Source of the DNA: Verrucomicrobiota bacterium
GTDB lineage: Bacteria; Verrucomicrobiota; Verrucomicrobiia; Opitutales; Cerasicoccaceae
NCBI GenBank assembly: GCA_039818205.1
Contig: JBCBUK010000004.1
Coordinates: forward strand, 104,302 to 168,301
Reading direction: 5' to 3'
DNA length: 64,000 nucleotides
A model generated the notes under the pieces. The model did no database searches and was not told the origin of the DNA. It saw only the letters and a list, made by a program, of their open reading frames with translations. Each line of letters begins with the position of its first letter. The stretch's first letter is position 1. This document shows, piece after piece, positions 25,083 through 34,523 of the stretch. A program made the position numbers and the translations under genes.

Positions 25083-26431
25083 TGACGCGTCTGATTACAG
25101 TCAATCTGTTCTGGTTAACGATCGCTCTCGGTCTGTCGGTCTACCTCGGTTGGGCATTGTCTGGCGGGGCGGAGGATGTGGTGATGCCCGGCAAGACGAC
25201 GCATGGACACTATCAGATCGAACTCGATTGCGCGGCCTGCCATACGCCAAGCATGGGCGTTAAACAAGATTCCTGTAACGAGTGCCATGCCGAGGAGCTG
25301 GATCATGTCGACGATTCCCACCCAGTTATCAAGTTTAAGGATCCGCGGAATGCTGAGCGGCTGGAGAAACTGGACGCCCGTTATTGCATTACCTGTCACC
25401 GGGAACATCAACCGGAACTCACCAATACCATGGGCGTTACCTTGCCCAATGACTATTGCTATCATTGCCACCAGTCGATTGCGGAGGAACGCCCGACACA
25501 CGTGGGTCTCGGTTTCGAAACCTGTGCGACTTCAGGCTGCCACAATTTTCACGACAATACGGCGCTCTACGAACGCTTCATGGTTGAGCATTTGGATGAG
25601 CCAGACTTTAAGCCCAACCCGCAGCAACGCATTCGAGATTTCTATGAAGTGCACTATCCCGACCGAGGAGAGCCCTTGGAGTTCGAGCAGGCCAACATGT
25701 CAAGCAGCCTGAATGTAAGTCAGGATATCCTGCACGAGTGGTCTGTGACCTCACATGCGCAAGCGGGAGTTAACTGCCGGGACTGTCATGATGTTGCTAA
25801 CCCAGAAACGGGTGTTGTCAGTTGGGTGGATAAGCCGGATTACCATTCCTGCCAAAAGTGCCACGACTACGAGGTTAAGGGTTTTCTCGAAGGTCGGCAC
25901 GGCATGCGGTTGAATCAAGGACTAAGCCCGATGACGCCGGGAATGGCGCGTTTGCCGATGAAGGCTGAATCGCATCACAGTGAGCTTTCGTGTGTTTCCT
26001 GTCATAGCAGCCATGAGTTCAACACGAGTTTTGCGGCCGTGGATGCCTGTCTCCAATGTCACAACGATCAACACTCGTTGGCCTACAAGGAGTCACCGCA
26101 CTTTCAAGTGTTCCAGCAGGCCCAGGAAGGGATGCGTCCGATTGACGCTGGTGTGAGTTGTGCAACCTGCCACTTGCCACGAGTGGAGGTGTCCGAGTTC
26201 GGCGAAACCAAGGTCCGCGTTGATCACAACCAGAACAATAGTTTGCGTCCTAACGACAAAATGATCCGCGCCGCCTGTATTAACTGCCATGGTCTGCAGT
26301 TTACCCTCAATGCGCTGGCCGACGAGGAATTGATCAAGAATAACTTCCGTGGAGAGCCGACGCCGTTTGTCGAAAGTCTCGAGATGGCTAGGGAAGAAAA
26401 GATCCGAACGGAGGAGGCCAAACGTAGGTAG
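25082..26431 (+). CDS. membrane-anchored multiheme cytochrome c (10 CxxCH + 1 CxxxxCH)
   Basis: CAACH, CNECH, CITCH, CYHCH, CATSGCH, CRDCH, CQKCH, CVSCH, CLQCH, CATCH, CINCH; N-terminal TM; TGATG coupling to the upstream gene. Confidence 0.92.
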   Translation: MTRLITVNLFWLTIALGLSVYLGWALSGGAEDVVMPGKTTHGHYQIELDCAACHTPSMGVKQDSCNECHAEELDHVDDSHPVIKFKDPRNAERLEKLDARYCITCHREHQPELTNTMGVTLPNDYCYHCHQSIAEERPTHVGLGFETCATSGCHNFHDNTALYERFMVEHLDEPDFKPNPQQRIRDFYEVHYPDRGEPLEFEQANMSSSLNVSQDILHEWSVTSHAQAGVNCRDCHDVANPETGVVSWVDKPDYHSCQKCHDYEVKGFLEGRHGMRLNQGLSPMTPGMARLPMKAESHHSELSCVSCHSSHEFNTSFAAVDACLQCHNDQHSLAYKESPHFQVFQQAQEGMRPIDAGVSCATCHLPRVEVSEFGETKVRVDHNQNNSLRPNDKMIRAACINCHGLQFTLNALADEELIKNNFRGEPTPFVESLEMAREEKIRTEEAKRR

Positions 26432-26503
26432 GGCCGACTATTGGTATTAATCCCGCATTCTTGAAAACTTGACCTTGTGGGCTGAATAACATGAGTTTGG
26501 CCC

Positions 26504-27877
26504 ATGCCAGCGGATATTCTTACGGGCTACAACGTCCACACCGATGCGGATCGGGCAAAGATGCTTGGTGCGATGGGGAAAGAAACCATCGCCGATCTTT
26601 TCACGGAAGTTCCTGAACATTTACGGGTTGATGGCCTGTTGGACTTGCCGCCAGCGATGACCGAGTGGCAGCTTGAGCGGCATATCCGCGAGCTGGCCGG
26701 TCGTAACGATACCACCATCGACCATTTGAGCTTTCTTGGTGGTGGCGCCTACGAACATCACGTTCCGGCCGTGATCGATGCTATTGCAACACGTGGAGAA
26801 TTCCTGACCGCGTATACGCCGTACCAACCGGAAATGGCTCAGGGTATCCTGCGTTTTCTCCATGATTTTCAAATCACCATGGGGCGTCTGCTTGGCTTGC
26901 CGGCGGTAAACTGTTCGGTCTACGATGGTGCAACCGCGCTTGCTGAGTCGGCGTGGATGACCTGTCGCATCACTGGAAAAAAGCATTTGCTCATCGCTGA
27001 ATCCATTTGGGTCGAGTATCAGACGGTGTTGGAAACCTATTTGCGGGGCCGTGGGGTCACGATTGAGGTCGTGCGTTCGGATGAGGAATCGGGTCAAATC
27101 GATTCGGACCATCTATCGGAATGCATCCAATCAGAAACGTCGGCTTTCCTTTTCCAGTCTCCCAACCGCTATGGAGTGGTGGAGAACATGACCCAGATTG
27201 GGAATATTTGCCATGATCAAGGGATCATGAATGTCATGGCGAGCTATCCGATTTTATTTGGCCTGAAAAAGAGTCCGGGAGACTCCGGCGTCGATATTGC
27301 CGTTTGCGAGGGACAGCCGCTCGGTATGCACTTGAACGCAGGTGGGCCTTATCTCGGTATCATCGCAACCAAGACTGAGTTTGAAGGGCACCTTCCGGGC
27401 CGTATCGTTGGGGAGTGCAATGACTTAAAAGGCGAAGACGCTTTGGCGCTGGTTAAGGAAGAACGAGAGCAACACGTCGCCCGGCATGAGGCAACTAGCC
27501 ATATTTGTTCGAATCAAGCAAACCTGGCGCTACGGGCTTTGATTTATCTTTCCCTATTGGGTGAGCGTGGGTTCCGCAACGTTGCTGAACTGAGTGCGCG
27601 GAAGGCACGTTATCTCGAGCAGCGATTAACCGCGGTCGAGGGCGTATCCCGCGTCTTTAGTGGACCGTTTTTCAATGAGTTTTTGTTGAACCTTCCGCGT
27701 CCAGCCGCCGATGTGCTGGCCACCTTACGAGAGCAGAAAATCTTTGGTGGTATACCGATGACTCAGCTCGATCCCGAGGCGCCAGACAATCAACTACTGA
27801 TCGCCGTCACCGAAACGAAGTCACAGGCCGACCTCGACCACATGGTTGAAGTGTTTGCCGCTGCCATTGAAATTTAA
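26504..27877 (+). CDS. gcvPA: glycine dehydrogenase subunit 1-like (divergent)
   Basis: SFLGGGAY, EFLTAYTPYQPEMAQG, YDGATALAE, GGPYLG, LPGRIVG, REQH...ATSHICSNQA. Confidence 0.85.
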   Translation: MPADILTGYNVHTDADRAKMLGAMGKETIADLFTEVPEHLRVDGLLDLPPAMTEWQLERHIRELAGRNDTTIDHLSFLGGGAYEHHVPAVIDAIATRGEFLTAYTPYQPEMAQGILRFLHDFQITMGRLLGLPAVNCSVYDGATALAESAWMTCRITGKKHLLIAESIWVEYQTVLETYLRGRGVTIEVVRSDEESGQIDSDHLSECIQSETSAFLFQSPNRYGVVENMTQIGNICHDQGIMNVMASYPILFGLKKSPGDSGVDIAVCEGQPLGMHLNAGGPYLGIIATKTEFEGHLPGRIVGECNDLKGEDALALVKEEREQHVARHEATSHICSNQANLALRALIYLSLLGERGFRNVAELSARKARYLEQRLTAVEGVSRVFSGPFFNEFLLNLPRPAADVLATLREQKIFGGIPMTQLDPEAPDNQLLIAVTETKSQADLDHMVEVFAAAIEI

Positions 27878-27894
27878 CTCTAAATATCCGAGCC

Positions 27895-29355
27895 ATGACA
27901 CCCGATTCCATCTACACCAAGTCTCGCCCCGGCGTCAGTGGAGCTTCAATTGTTGACCACGATTTTGCTCTGGGCGGTTCGCTCGATGACCTTTGTGCGC
28001 CCGAAGATTTACGGGACCAGCCAATTGGGTTACCCGAGCTTTCCGAGATCGATGTCGTCCGCCACTTCACGAATCTTAGTCGTCAGGCTCATGGAGTTGA
28101 CAATGGACCCTATCCGCTGGGTTCCTGCACAATGAAGTATAATCCAAAGCGGAACGACAAGTTAGCAATGCTTGATGGCTTTGGGAAAGCGCATCCTCAT
28201 CAACCGGCGGATACCTTGAGTGGCGTTTGGGATCTGCTTTGGAAACTGCAAAACGGCATCGCCGAGATCACCGGGATGGATGCGGTTACCTTACAGCCTG
28301 CCGCCGGAGCGCATGGTGAATTTACCGGCTTACTCGTGATGAAAAAGCATTTCGAGAAGCTTGGGGAGAAACGTAAAACAATTTTGATCCCCGATACGGC
28401 CCATGGCACGAATCCGGCAAGTGCTGCGATGTGCGGCTTTACCTGCCGAATTATTCCGACAAACGATAAGGGCTTGATGGACTTGGAATCCTTCGAGGAA
28501 CACCTCAACGATGATGTCGCCGGGTTAATGATTACCAACCCGTCGACGCTGGGGCTCTTCGAAGAGAATATCGAATTGATTGCGGAGAAGATCCACGACA
28601 ATGGCTCGTTGCTCTATTATGATGGCGCCAACTTGAATGCGATCATGGGGTTGATTCGTCCGGGAGACATGGGCTTTGATGTAATCCACATCAATACGCA
28701 CAAGACGCTTTCGACACCTCATGGAGGTGGTGGACCTGGAGCGGGTCCGTGCGGAGTGAAGAAGTTCCTCGAGCCGTATTTACCGACACCCGTTGTTCGC
28801 CCGGTTGATGGTATTCCCCAACCGGATTACGATCGCCCGGAAGCCGTCGGCAAAGTGAAAACGTTCTTTGGCCATATCGAGGTATTGATACGCGCTTATT
28901 GTTATATCTTGGCGAACGGGCCAATCGGTTTGAAGACGGCTACTGAGAACGCCGTTCTGAACGCCAACTATATGAAGCATCAACTAGGCGACCTATTACC
29001 GTCGGTCTTTCCACAGAACTGTATGCATGAGTGCTTGCTGCACGGTGGTTCGTTGGAGGTGCGGGGCGCGGACTTTGTGAAGCGACTGATTGATTTCGGC
29101 GTCCACCCACCGACTTTGGTGGGGGCTGGCTGCGTCCATTTCGCCGAAGAGTTTGATGAGGCCATGTTGATTGAACCTACCGAAACTGAGAGTGTTGTAT
29201 CGCTTGATTTTGTGATCGAGCAGTTTCGAAAAGTTGCTCGCGAAGCGGCAGTTGCCCCTTATATGATTGAGACCGCTCCACACCATGCGAGCACCGCGAA
29301 AGTCATTCACAACGAAGCTGCGTGGATGAGTATTTACGAAGAACCCGAAGACTAG
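27895..29355 (+). CDS. gcvPB: glycine dehydrogenase subunit 2-like, PLP-binding (divergent)
   Basis: YPLGSCTMKYNP, QPAAGAHGE, AHGTNPASA, YDGANLNA, NTHKTLSTPHGGGGPG, IEPTETES. Confidence 0.88.
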   Translation: MTPDSIYTKSRPGVSGASIVDHDFALGGSLDDLCAPEDLRDQPIGLPELSEIDVVRHFTNLSRQAHGVDNGPYPLGSCTMKYNPKRNDKLAMLDGFGKAHPHQPADTLSGVWDLLWKLQNGIAEITGMDAVTLQPAAGAHGEFTGLLVMKKHFEKLGEKRKTILIPDTAHGTNPASAAMCGFTCRIIPTNDKGLMDLESFEEHLNDDVAGLMITNPSTLGLFEENIELIAEKIHDNGSLLYYDGANLNAIMGLIRPGDMGFDVIHINTHKTLSTPHGGGGPGAGPCGVKKFLEPYLPTPVVRPVDGIPQPDYDRPEAVGKVKTFFGHIEVLIRAYCYILANGPIGLKTATENAVLNANYMKHQLGDLLPSVFPQNCMHECLLHGGSLEVRGADFVKRLIDFGVHPPTLVGAGCVHFAEEFDEAMLIEPTETESVVSLDFVIEQFRKVAREAAVAPYMIETAPHHASTAKVIHNEAAWMSIYEEPED

Positions 29356-29361
29356 AGCGTC

Positions 29362-29796
29362 ATGGAAATTCCACCCTTTGAACCACGAAAAGCGAGAATC
29401 CTCGTTGTTGAAGACGTTAAGATGATGCGGGTTATGTTGGCCCGTCACCTCGACCAAGTGGGCTATGAATACCATCATGAGGTTGAGAATGGCCAGGAAG
29501 CCTTGGACTACATTGCGGAGAATCCAGTCGATCTGATTCTGCTCGATATCCAAATGCCGGTATTGGATGGCTACGAAACCTTAAAGGCTATCAAGGCCGA
29601 CCCACGGTATCAGAACATTGCGGTTATCATGGTTACCGCCGTAGATAATATTGAAAGCGTGGCTAAATGCATTCAAGATGGGGCTGACGATTATATGCCA
29701 AAGCTGTTTAATCCGATTCTACTCCCGGCCAAAATCGATACTTCCCTAGAGCTTCGCCACCTGAGGAAGGTTGTTGCCGACGCGAGTGCATCTTAA
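29362..29796 (+). CDS. single-domain response regulator (receiver)
   Basis: ILVVED, LILLDIQMP, IMVTA, GADDYMPK. Confidence 0.9.
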   Translation: MEIPPFEPRKARILVVEDVKMMRVMLARHLDQVGYEYHHEVENGQEALDYIAENPVDLILLDIQMPVLDGYETLKAIKADPRYQNIAVIMVTAVDNIESVAKCIQDGADDYMPKLFNPILLPAKIDTSLELRHLRKVVADASAS

Positions 29797-31916
29797 TGAA
29801 GTTGCCTCAAATCCAGTTTCGCAGCCTACGAACGCAGATCATTGTTTGTGTCGCCTTGCCTGTTATCGCGACGATCGTTGCGCTGTCGCTGATTCTACTG
29901 ACGGAATTCTATGCCCAGCTGAAGAAGGGCGCGCTGACCAACATCCGGTTGACTGCTGAGCAAGCAGCCGAAGAAATCGAGAAATCCAATTTGGAGTCGA
30001 TTACCTTTCCGAAGACTATGGCGTTGGCGCAGAAGCATGGTTTGTTTGGTGACCGCACGGCATCGGTTCGATACGCCGAGGAAATGTTGCGCATTCACCC
30101 ACAGTTGACCGGGGCCTACTTCGGTTATGAACCAAACGCCGATGAGCAGGATGCGGAATTCTTGGCCGCCGTGAAACCCTCCGATGCAGGCGCTCTCGAT
30201 GAAGATGGCCGGTTCTTACCTTACTGGTATCGCGATCACGAAGATGATAGCAAGATTCTGCTCACGCCCCTGGTCGACATGGAGACCAGCTATTATTACC
30301 AGGGAGCAAAGAATCGTGCGCTGGGTCAATCGGAGTCGAAGAATATTAAAATGGCTGAGGACAAAGAACTGAGTAAATATTACTCGGACAAAGAGCTGCA
30401 GATGCAAATGAATGACGCTGCTAACTACTTAGCGATGATTACTGAACCCTACGTCTACGAGGGGAAATTAATCGTTGAGCAAACCTATCCGATCATCATC
30501 GATGGCGAGTTTAAGGGCATTGCTGGTGTCGACCGTGCGCTGACTTTTCTGCAGGAATATTTGGAAGCACTGAAACCCTTTGAGACGGCCGAGTTTGTTT
30601 TAATTAGTCGGCGGGGACGAGTAATTGCCGCCACGGTGAATGAGGATTGGAAAACGAAACTCTTCGAGGATTTGCCGATCGGAGATACCTTGCTCGAGTT
30701 TTATAAGATTCGTGGTAACTCAGCGGTGGAGCTCGTCAAAGGTCCCGATGGTGTCGAACGCTTTTATGATTCAGTAAAGGTCCCCACAGGCAATTGGACC
30801 CTCGTGATGAGCGTTGAGAAATCCGAGATTTATGCGCCCTTGATCCTACGGTTGACGTTCATGATTGTGGTAACTGGCATCGGCCTTTTTGTTACGTTAT
30901 ACATCATGGTTTGGCTGGCTAATTCCATCTCGGCACGCCTATCCAATGCGGCGTCGATGGCGAGCCGTGTGGCCGATGGGGACTTGACCGGCAGTATCGA
31001 TGATCAATCGATTGACGAGACCGGCGTTTTGATGCGGGCCATTAAAGCCATGATCAACAATTTGAATCTGTTGATCGGCCAGGTGAAGGGTTCAAGTATT
31101 CAGCTGACTTCGACTGCCACGGCGATTTCATCAAATGCGAAAGCGCAAGAGGTCGCCGTTTGCGAGTTTGAAACATCGACCAATTCCATTGCAGCAGCCG
31201 TGAAAGAAATTTCGACGACCTCGCAGGAGCTTTCAAACACAATGAAAAACGTGACGGCGAAGGCAGATGATACGGCCTCGTTGGCCGATTCTGGGCGTCG
31301 TAGTTTGGAAGAAATGGAAGAGGTGATGGGGAATCTTGCGGAAGCCAACGATGCGATCTCGGAGAAACTCTCGGTCATCAGTGAACGAGCAAATAACGTC
31401 AACCGCATCATCACGACGATCACCACGGTGGCTGATCAGACAAATTTGCTTTCCCTGAATGCCGCAATTGAGGCCGAGAAAGCTGGAGAATACGGCCTTG
31501 GTTTTTCCGTTGTTGCCCGGGAAATTCGCCGCCTGTCAGACCAGACAGCCGTGGCGACTTTAGACATCGAGCAGATGATTACCGAAATGCAGACCTCGGT
31601 CGCCAGTGGAGTGGGGGAGATGGACTCGTTTAGTTCCAAAATGAAACAGAGCGTAACCGGTGTTCAGGAAGTGAGTCGTCAGTTGGTGACAATTATCAAG
31701 CATGTGCAAGAGCTCACCAAGCAGTTTGAATCGGTGCGTCAGGGCATGGATACCCAATCGGTCGGGGCCAAGCATATCGATGAAGCGATGGTCCAACTAA
31801 AGGACGCTGCACAGTCAACGACCCAATCAATTTATGGGTTCAATCGTGCGACGCATGACCTGCAGGATTCGGTCAAGGTGCTCCGCAACGAGGTTGATAA
31901 ATTTAACATGAGTTAG
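29796..31916 (+). CDS. methyl-accepting chemoreceptor: dCache, HAMP and WspA-like signalling domain
   Basis: 2 TM, DETGVL HAMP, ADQTNLLSLNAAIEAEKAGEYGLGFSVVAREIRRLSDQTAVATLDIEQM. Confidence 0.92.
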   Translation: MKLPQIQFRSLRTQIIVCVALPVIATIVALSLILLTEFYAQLKKGALTNIRLTAEQAAEEIEKSNLESITFPKTMALAQKHGLFGDRTASVRYAEEMLRIHPQLTGAYFGYEPNADEQDAEFLAAVKPSDAGALDEDGRFLPYWYRDHEDDSKILLTPLVDMETSYYYQGAKNRALGQSESKNIKMAEDKELSKYYSDKELQMQMNDAANYLAMITEPYVYEGKLIVEQTYPIIIDGEFKGIAGVDRALTFLQEYLEALKPFETAEFVLISRRGRVIAATVNEDWKTKLFEDLPIGDTLLEFYKIRGNSAVELVKGPDGVERFYDSVKVPTGNWTLVMSVEKSEIYAPLILRLTFMIVVTGIGLFVTLYIMVWLANSISARLSNAASMASRVADGDLTGSIDDQSIDETGVLMRAIKAMINNLNLLIGQVKGSSIQLTSTATAISSNAKAQEVAVCEFETSTNSIAAAVKEISTTSQELSNTMKNVTAKADDTASLADSGRRSLEEMEEVMGNLAEANDAISEKLSVISERANNVNRIITTITTVADQTNLLSLNAAIEAEKAGEYGLGFSVVAREIRRLSDQTAVATLDIEQMITEMQTSVASGVGEMDSFSSKMKQSVTGVQEVSRQLVTIIKHVQELTKQFESVRQGMDTQSVGAKHIDEAMVQLKDAAQSTTQSIYGFNRATHDLQDSVKVLRNEVDKFNMS

Positions 31917-32143
31917 CCCCAGCTGGAAGCCTCGGCTGGTTTGAAAGTGCGTATCGGGCTGAGTTTTGCTGCCATCATTTCCCGGTTGCACGTTGGCGGG
32001 TCACCTTGCAATTTCGAGGGTATGAATGAGTGCTGCCAGTGCCGTATCGCCGAGCGAATCGCGGATAAGCGGATCGCCGTTCCGCCGCGTATGGCCATCG
32101 CGCTGGTGACCGAGAATCAGTCCAGGGAGCGCTTGCCCAGCTC

Positions 32144-33379
32144 ATGAAGGACGAACGGCGTAACTTCGTTGCCCACTCCTTTGAGGGAGGGCTCTACGGC
32201 GGTGGCATCGCATTCGTTTCGGCCGAGACGGTTCTGCCCGCCATGGCCGCAAGCCTGGGCGCGCCCGCTTGGGTGATCTCCCTGTTACCGGGCGCCAATT
32301 TTCTTGGGCTGATGGTGGTGCCGATTTTTTTCGCCGCGTTCGTTGAGAGCAAACCGCGAATGCGGCCCATCTGCATCGCAACGGGATTTCCGCAGCGGTT
32401 CGTTTTCTTCATCGCAGCCATGGCCTTGTTCCTGTTCGGGGAATCTCATCCGTTCTGGGCGATGGTGGTTGTTTCGCTTACGCCATTTCTCAGTGGAATC
32501 ATTGGTGGCATCGGGCTCGGGGCTTGGATGCAGTTGGTGGCGCGTACCGTGCCGGCTGGCCGACGATCGTCAATGCATGCGCTTCGTAATCTGATCACCG
32601 CAGTTATTGGCATCGGGGCGGCGTTCTTCGTGAAGTGGACGCTTGAGCGATACCCCGGAGCATTCGGTTTTGGCATTTTGCACCTCGCGGCTTTTGTGAC
32701 GCTCTTTGGTTCGTTTTTGCTGTTTCTGGTAATTAAAGAGGATGTGCCGGAAACACCGATTGTGACTAAACGTCGAACCGCAAAGTCCTACCTGGTCGAC
32801 TTGATGGATATCCTGCGCCAGGATAAAAATTTCCGCTACTACACCGTTATGCGCCTGTTCGGTACGGCATTTATGTTTCAGATGCCATTTATGTCGATCT
32901 ATGCGCTACAGAAGCTGGAGACTTCAGAAGGATTTGTGGGCAGTTTGCTGACGGCGCAAATCATTGGAAGCGTCATTGGCAACCTGATTGGTGGATGGTG
33001 GGGGGATCGAGCGGGTGGGCGAGTATTGTTGATCACGGCGAGAATCCTATTTTTGGTGATGTATGGGCTCGGTGCAATCGCGTCTAGTGAGTGGCTGTTT
33101 TTGTTGTATTTCGGCGTCTTTGGCTTTTCGTTCACGCTCAATACGATCGGCAATTTGACCTTACTGCTTGAGATCGCTCCTGATGAGCGTCGGCCGACTT
33201 ACGGCGCGCTGGCCGGATTCATCAACGGGCCCGGGCTAATTATCTTCTCCTTGGTCGGCTCAGTCTTTTGGACCTCACTCCAGTCCATGGGATTTCAGGC
33301 AGGCGTCGCCGGGGTTGGTAGCATTATCTCGTTGATAGCCATCTGGATGGTCGTTGAGCCCCGCACTCGCAGTAACTAG
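32144..33379 (+). CDS. MFS transporter
   Basis: ~12 TM, GWWGDRAGGR loop motif, APDERRP. Confidence 0.85.
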   Translation: MKDERRNFVAHSFEGGLYGGGIAFVSAETVLPAMAASLGAPAWVISLLPGANFLGLMVVPIFFAAFVESKPRMRPICIATGFPQRFVFFIAAMALFLFGESHPFWAMVVVSLTPFLSGIIGGIGLGAWMQLVARTVPAGRRSSMHALRNLITAVIGIGAAFFVKWTLERYPGAFGFGILHLAAFVTLFGSFLLFLVIKEDVPETPIVTKRRTAKSYLVDLMDILRQDKNFRYYTVMRLFGTAFMFQMPFMSIYALQKLETSEGFVGSLLTAQIIGSVIGNLIGGWWGDRAGGRVLLITARILFLVMYGLGAIASSEWLFLLYFGVFGFSFTLNTIGNLTLLLEIAPDERRPTYGALAGFINGPGLIIFSLVGSVFWTSLQSMGFQAGVAGVGSIISLIAIWMVVEPRTRSN

Positions 33380-33690
33380 CTTTTCGGGGGGATTGGGGGA
33401 TTCCTGTTTTTTGGGACGATCAGTAGTAATCGTAATTTGACGTATTGGCCCACGCTCTAGTTGAACTTTTTTTCCCTTTTGTGACATTCTGGCGTCAAGA
33501 GATTGTCGAGTAAGCCGATTATCTAGCTAGGTCATGAAAGATATAAAGCAACGAGTAAAGGACCGCGGATTATTTCGGGCGCGAATTACTCTAATCGGTA
33601 TCTCCATGGCTGCGACATACCGTAAAAACTTATCCACAAGTGCGACGATTAGCTTGCGCCAACCTTGAACTTCAATAGGCTATAATATCT

Positions 33691-34452
33691 ATGAGGGAAC
33701 CCACTCAGCGCTTTAGCCAGCGGGTGGACGATTACGCGAAGTATCGCCCCGGCTATCCAAGTCCCGCTGCCGCGATTCTTCGCGAACAATGTCAACTTCA
33801 GCCCGGTGCTCCAATTGCAGATATCGGTTCCGGGACTGGTATTTTCTCCCGTCAACTGCTTCGCAAAGGATTTCGAGTCATCGGGATTGAGCCCAATGCC
33901 GAGATGCGCGAATACGGGGCGCGGAGTCTCCGCTGTTTTCCCTTGTTCCAAAGTTGGGATGGTCGATCCGAAGAGACCGGTTTGCCCGACAACACTGTTG
34001 AAGCGATTACGGCAGCTCAGGCCTTTCATTGGTTCGATGTGGCGAAGACGCGCCGAGAGTTTCGCCGGATTTTGAAACCGGGCGGCTGGGTCTATTTGAT
34101 CTGGAACGATCGTCGCATCGAGGGTTCCGCATTTCAACGTTCCTATGAATGCCTGCTCGAAGAGTTTGGCATCGATTATCATTCGGTGAACCACCGCGGA
34201 CCGAGTCGTAATAACTTTGCGGATTTTCTGGGTGCCAACCAATTTGAATCCCGTATCTTCCCGAACTTCCAGATTTGCAACTGGGAGCAATTGCGCGGTC
34301 GAGTCCTCTCGTGCTCCTACGTGCCCCCACCAGGTGACCCGGATTGCCTCCCGATGTTGCGACGACTTGAGCAGATCTATGCGCAGCATCAGGTAAACGG
34401 CGAAGTTCGCCTGGAATATGATACCCGCGTCTTCTGGGGACGGATTTTTTAG
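33691..34452 (+). CDS. class I SAM-dependent methyltransferase
   Basis: YAKYRPGYP, ADIGSGTG, AQAFHWFD, LKPGG. Confidence 0.9.
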   Translation: MREPTQRFSQRVDDYAKYRPGYPSPAAAILREQCQLQPGAPIADIGSGTGIFSRQLLRKGFRVIGIEPNAEMREYGARSLRCFPLFQSWDGRSEETGLPDNTVEAITAAQAFHWFDVAKTRREFRRILKPGGWVYLIWNDRRIEGSAFQRSYECLLEEFGIDYHSVNHRGPSRNNFADFLGANQFESRIFPNFQICNWEQLRGRVLSCSYVPPPGDPDCLPMLRRLEQIYAQHQVNGEVRLEYDTRVFWGRIF

Positions 34453-34523
34453 GGAACAACGAGCTGCGCCGACGTTATGTTGTTGCGCCGCTTAGGCAAA
34501 TTTTTCAGCTATAGATTACTGCT

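Noticed and set aside
25082..26431. Calling this gene nrfA or hao
   Set aside because: No CxxCK; heme count and spacing do not fit
31941..32147. Short ORF overlapping the MFS start (ATGA)
   Set aside because: No RBS or family signal; cannot be distinguished from chance
33649..34389. 246-aa minus-strand ORF
   Set aside because: Antisense to a clear methyltransferase gene
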